Part shown: positions 60,546 through 64,000 of the stretch, piece after piece
Layout: every line of letters begins with the position of its first letter
Position numbering within the stretch: the stretch's first letter is position 1
Origin: Nitrosopumilus sp.
GTDB lineage: Archaea > Thermoproteota > Nitrososphaeria > Nitrososphaerales > Nitrosopumilaceae
DNA: 64,000 bases
Assembly (NCBI GenBank): GCA_965218695.1
Contig: OZ244651.1
Span: 2,144,001 to 2,208,000 of the forward strand
Direction: 5' to 3'
The notes under the pieces: generated by a model
The model's input: only the letters and a program-made list of their open reading frames with translations
Database searches by the model: none
What the model was told of the DNA's origin: nothing
Translations under genes and position numbers: made by a program

Positions 60546-62162
60546 ATGGCATCGATTCAGCAAGGACCAAACGGCCCAGTTCTAGTCTTGAAGGAGAGCG
60601 CCCTGCAGCAGAAGGGCAAGGACGCCCAGCGGAACAACATTGCTGCCGCAAAACTGGTCGCAGAACTGGTAAAGAGCAGTCTGGGGCCACGGGGGCTTGA
60701 CAAGATGCTGGTTGATTCGCTAGGAGACGTTACAATTACCAATGACGGTGCAACAATCCTCAAGGAGATCGATGCGCAACACCCCGCAGCCAAGATGATG
60801 GTGGAGATATCAAAGGCAGTAGACAACGAGGTGGGTGACGGCACGACCTCTTCTGTAGTGTTTGGAGGCGCACTACTTGCACGTGCAGAGGACCTGCTCA
60901 AAAAGGATGTGCACTCTTCAGTTATTGTAGAGGGATTTCAGGCAGCAGCAGACAAGACCCTTGAGATACTTGCCCAGCTTGCCAACACCATACAGCCTGA
61001 CGATGCCCAATCACTGACAAAGATTGCAACTACAAGCATGCAGTCGAAGCTGATATCAGAAGACAGCAGCATACTATCCGAGATTGTTGTTGATGCAATA
61101 CTCAAGGTGGTTACAAAGAGGGGCGGCAACTACTCTGTTGACCTTGACAATATCAAGGTGGAAAAGAAGACCGGAAGCTCAATTCAGGACACCCAGGTGA
61201 TAGAGGGAATAGTCTTGGACAAGGAGATAGTCCACAGCGGAATGCCCACCAAGGTAGACAATGCCAAGATTGCGCTTATCAACTCGGCACTTGAGATTGA
61301 AAAGACCGAGATGAGTTCAGAGATAAGAATTACCGATCCCACACAGATGCAGATGTTCCTTGAAGAGGAGAACCGGATGCTCAAGGGCATGGTTGAAAAG
61401 CTGCACCTCGTAGGGACAAACGTCCTGATATGTCAGAAGGGCATAGACGACATAGCACAGCACTATCTTGCCAAGAACGGTATCCTGGCGGTGCGCCGCG
61501 TAAAGGAGAGCGACATGACAAAGCTTACCAAGGCCACAGGCGGCCGCGTTATCAATAACCTAGATGATCTCTCAGAGGAGGATCTGGGACAGGCGGATCT
61601 TGTACGCCAGAAGAAGATAGAGTCTGACAAGTGGGTCTTTGTAGAGGGATGCCACAACCCGCAGTCTGTTACCATGCTGATTCGCGGAGGCTCCCAGAGG
61701 GTTATCGACGAGGTAGACCGCTCCATTCATGACTCCCTGATGGTGGTAAAGGATGTAATTGAGACGCCCCAGATCGTCGCAGGCGGAGGCGCCCCCGAGG
61801 CGTTTGTTGCCACCCAGATCAGGGAATGGGCAGACCACTTTGACGGACGCGAGCAGCTTGCCATTAAAAAGTTTGCCGAGGCGCTAGAGGTAATTCCATT
61901 GACCATTGCGGAGAATGCGGGCATGGATCCAATTGACACCATGGCCACGCTGCGCTCAAAACACGCACAGGGAAACAAGTGGACCGGAATTGATGCCAGA
62001 AACGGAAAGATTGCCGACATGTTTGCCATTGATGTAATAGAGCCTGTCGTGGTAAAGGAGCAGATAATAAAATCTGCCACAGAGTCGGCATGCATGATTC
62101 TCAGAATCGACGACGTGATTGCCGTGTCCGGCGGTCCCGGCGGCGGCGGACCCATGGGATAA
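60546..62162 (+). CDS. Thermosome (group II chaperonin) subunit
   Basis: SLGPRGLDKML, TNDGATIL, GDGTT and GGGAPE. Confidence 0.95.
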   Translation: MASIQQGPNGPVLVLKESALQQKGKDAQRNNIAAAKLVAELVKSSLGPRGLDKMLVDSLGDVTITNDGATILKEIDAQHPAAKMMVEISKAVDNEVGDGTTSSVVFGGALLARAEDLLKKDVHSSVIVEGFQAAADKTLEILAQLANTIQPDDAQSLTKIATTSMQSKLISEDSSILSEIVVDAILKVVTKRGGNYSVDLDNIKVEKKTGSSIQDTQVIEGIVLDKEIVHSGMPTKVDNAKIALINSALEIEKTEMSSEIRITDPTQMQMFLEEENRMLKGMVEKLHLVGTNVLICQKGIDDIAQHYLAKNGILAVRRVKESDMTKLTKATGGRVINNLDDLSEEDLGQADLVRQKKIESDKWVFVEGCHNPQSVTMLIRGGSQRVIDEVDRSIHDSLMVVKDVIETPQIVAGGGAPEAFVATQIREWADHFDGREQLAIKKFAEALEVIPLTIAENAGMDPIDTMATLRSKHAQGNKWTGIDARNGKIADMFAIDVIEPVVVKEQIIKSATESACMILRIDDVIAVSGGPGGGGPMG

Positions 62163-62193
62163 GATAATACCGTCCATACATACAATTCCATTA

Positions 62194-63054
62194 TTGCACC
62201 GAATCGGCGTGGATCTTGGTGGCACGAAGACCGAGGCTGTACTGCTCAACGAATATCTTGACGTGGCGAGACGAACCCGCGCCCCCACGCCGGGGGACTA
62301 TCCAGGCATCATCGACGTGATATCCCGCCTGGTCGCAATCATGTCTGAGGGCATATCCTCCTACTCTGTCGGCGTGTGCACGCCGGGCGTTACATCTGAC
62401 GATACCGGGTTGATAAGAAACAGCAATACCGGCTGCTTGATCGGCCGGCCGCTCAAGAAAGATCTCCAGGACGCCTTGGGCACGAAGATCGTGATGGACA
62501 ACGATGCCAACTGCTTTGCACTGGCCGAGGCCCGAATGGGTGCTGCCCGGGGGTTTGGGCTGGTCTTTGGAGTGATAATGGGTACCGGCGTGGGAGGCGG
62601 GATTGTCATAGACGGAGAAATTCACCACGGCCGAAACGGCCTCGGGGGAGAATGGGGTCATCATGTGCTGCACCGAGCTGGCCGCCCCTGCTGGTGCGGC
62701 GGGGCCGGATGCGTAGAAAAGTATCTCAGCGGGCCATCACTAGAGGCAAGGTGGAAGGAGATTGCCGGCGCGGAAATGCCCATTCAAGAGATAATGCGCA
62801 ACCTCGACTCCGAACACGGCCGGGCGTGGAAGGCCGAGTTTCTAGAGGACTTTGGGTACGGCATTGCCGGCATCATAGAAGTGCTGGATCCTGACGCGAT
62901 CGTGCTCGGCGGCGGGCTGTCAAACATAGACTTTCTGTACACCTTGGGAGTCGAGTCCGTGCACAACAAGGTCTTCTCGGATCGCCTCACTACCCCGATA
63001 CTGAAAAATGCGCTAGGCGATTCTGCGGGCGTCATCGGGGCTTGCCTGATCTGA
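62194..63054 (+). CDS. ROK family sugar kinase
   Basis: GVDLGGTK, NDANCFALAE, GTGVGGG and GEWGH...C.CG..GC.E. Confidence 0.9.
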   Translation: MHRIGVDLGGTKTEAVLLNEYLDVARRTRAPTPGDYPGIIDVISRLVAIMSEGISSYSVGVCTPGVTSDDTGLIRNSNTGCLIGRPLKKDLQDALGTKIVMDNDANCFALAEARMGAARGFGLVFGVIMGTGVGGGIVIDGEIHHGRNGLGGEWGHHVLHRAGRPCWCGGAGCVEKYLSGPSLEARWKEIAGAEMPIQEIMRNLDSEHGRAWKAEFLEDFGYGIAGIIEVLDPDAIVLGGGLSNIDFLYTLGVESVHNKVFSDRLTTPILKNALGDSAGVIGACLI

Positions 63055-63119
63055 GGCCGCGCATTCGGGGAGGAGGAGGCGTGATTCTGGCACTGCCGAC
63101 CTGAACGTACCGGATCGCA

Positions 63120-64000
63120 CTATTGCATCTCGATCGTGGACGGGGGCTTGCTTGATATTGCATACGTGACCAGTGTGACGTCTTCGATCTCGTTTGTAAT
63201 GCGGTTGCTCATCCTCTCCAAGACATCGTGGGGCAGCCTGGTCCAGTCTGCAGTCATTGCATCTATGGAATCGACTGCTCTGATGATCACTATGTTTCCG
63301 TACCTTCGCTCATCGCCCACCACGCCTACGGCCCTGTCGTCACCCACTGCCGCATATGTCTGCCATACTCCCTCGTACAGTCCGGCCTTGATCAGCTCGT
63401 CCTCGACTATCCTGCTTGCCCTCTTGGCAATGTTGAGCTTGGCAGGTGTTATCTCCCCGATGATTCTTACTGCCAGGCCGGGACCAGGAAACGGATGTCT
63501 GATGAGTATCTTCTCAGAAACCCCCAGAATCCCTGCAATCTTTCTTACCTCGTCCTTGTACAGATCCCTTAACGGCTCCAGAACATCCAGATGCAGCCAG
63601 TCAGGCAGCCCTCCCACGTTGTGGTGCGACTTTATCACGGCTGCAGGCCCCTTTGACACCCCGCTCTCGATGACATCCGGATAGAGCGTGCCCTGCGCCA
63701 GCCATTTGAACGGACCGTTCCCCTCGGCAAACTCTGTAAAGACGCGGACAAACTCCTCTCCTATTATCATCCTCTTCCTTTCCGGGTCAGTTACCCCCCT
63801 TAGCATTTCCAGAAACCTCTCTGATGCGTCAACGGCAGTAAAGTTTACGGCAAAGTTGTCCCTGAACATCCTCTCCACCTCGGTCTCCTCGTCCATCCTC
63901 AGCAGGCCGTTGTTCACAAAGACGCACTTGAGCCTGTCCCCTATGGCCCTGTGGATGATGAGTGCCGCAACTGTCGAGTCGATGCCCCCGCTGACGCCGC
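63120..64000 (-). CDS. guaA: GMP synthase (5' part outside the window)
   Basis: SGGIDS, QGTLYPD.IES, IKSHHNVGGL, RHPFPGPGL and KPP.TIE. Confidence 0.93.
   Translation of the reverse strand, partial: GVSGGIDSTVAALIIHRAIGDRLKCVFVNNGLLRMDEETEVERMFRDNFAVNFTAVDASERFLEMLRGVTDPERKRMIIGEEFVRVFTEFAEGNGPFKWLAQGTLYPDVIESGVSKGPAAVIKSHHNVGGLPDWLHLDVLEPLRDLYKDEVRKIAGILGVSEKILIRHPFPGPGLAVRIIGEITPAKLNIAKRASRIVEDELIKAGLYEGVWQTYAAVGDDRAVGVVGDERRYGNIVIIRAVDSIDAMTADWTRLPHDVLERMSNRITNEIEDVTLVTYAISSKPPSTIEMQ

Overview
Chromosomal segment of an ammonia-oxidising archaeon (Nitrosopumilaceae/Thaumarchaeota). The identification rests on the gene content: aTrm56, TFE, Rpp21, S19e/S27e/L44e, thermosome, thaumarchaeal 'IPxWIKNNAxWW' surface proteins and candidate 3HP/4HB-cycle enzymes. 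GC content looks near 50% by eye and the IS load is heavy, which suggests a host-associated lineage (inference). The housekeeping backbone includes a thiolase/DUF35 pair, an HTH-ATP-cone-NrdD-like gene followed by nrdJ, a riboflavin cluster, a late cobalamin operon, asd, cyoE, guaA and tRNA-Gly(TCC). It is interrupted by one IS66 (8-bp TSD), a head-to-tail pair of a second IS66 plus a mini-relic at one repeated 8-bp target, an ISH3 carrying a nested IS5, and a second IS5 copy that disrupts a TauE/SafE transporter. The most notable observations are: (i) an unassigned ~207-nt multi-branched structured RNA candidate with its own TATA box; (ii) an apparently catalytically dead class III RNR fused to an HTH and an ATP cone, with palindromic operator-like sites in front of nrdJ; (iii) repeated IS66 insertion at a single target, with a frameshift shared by both copies.
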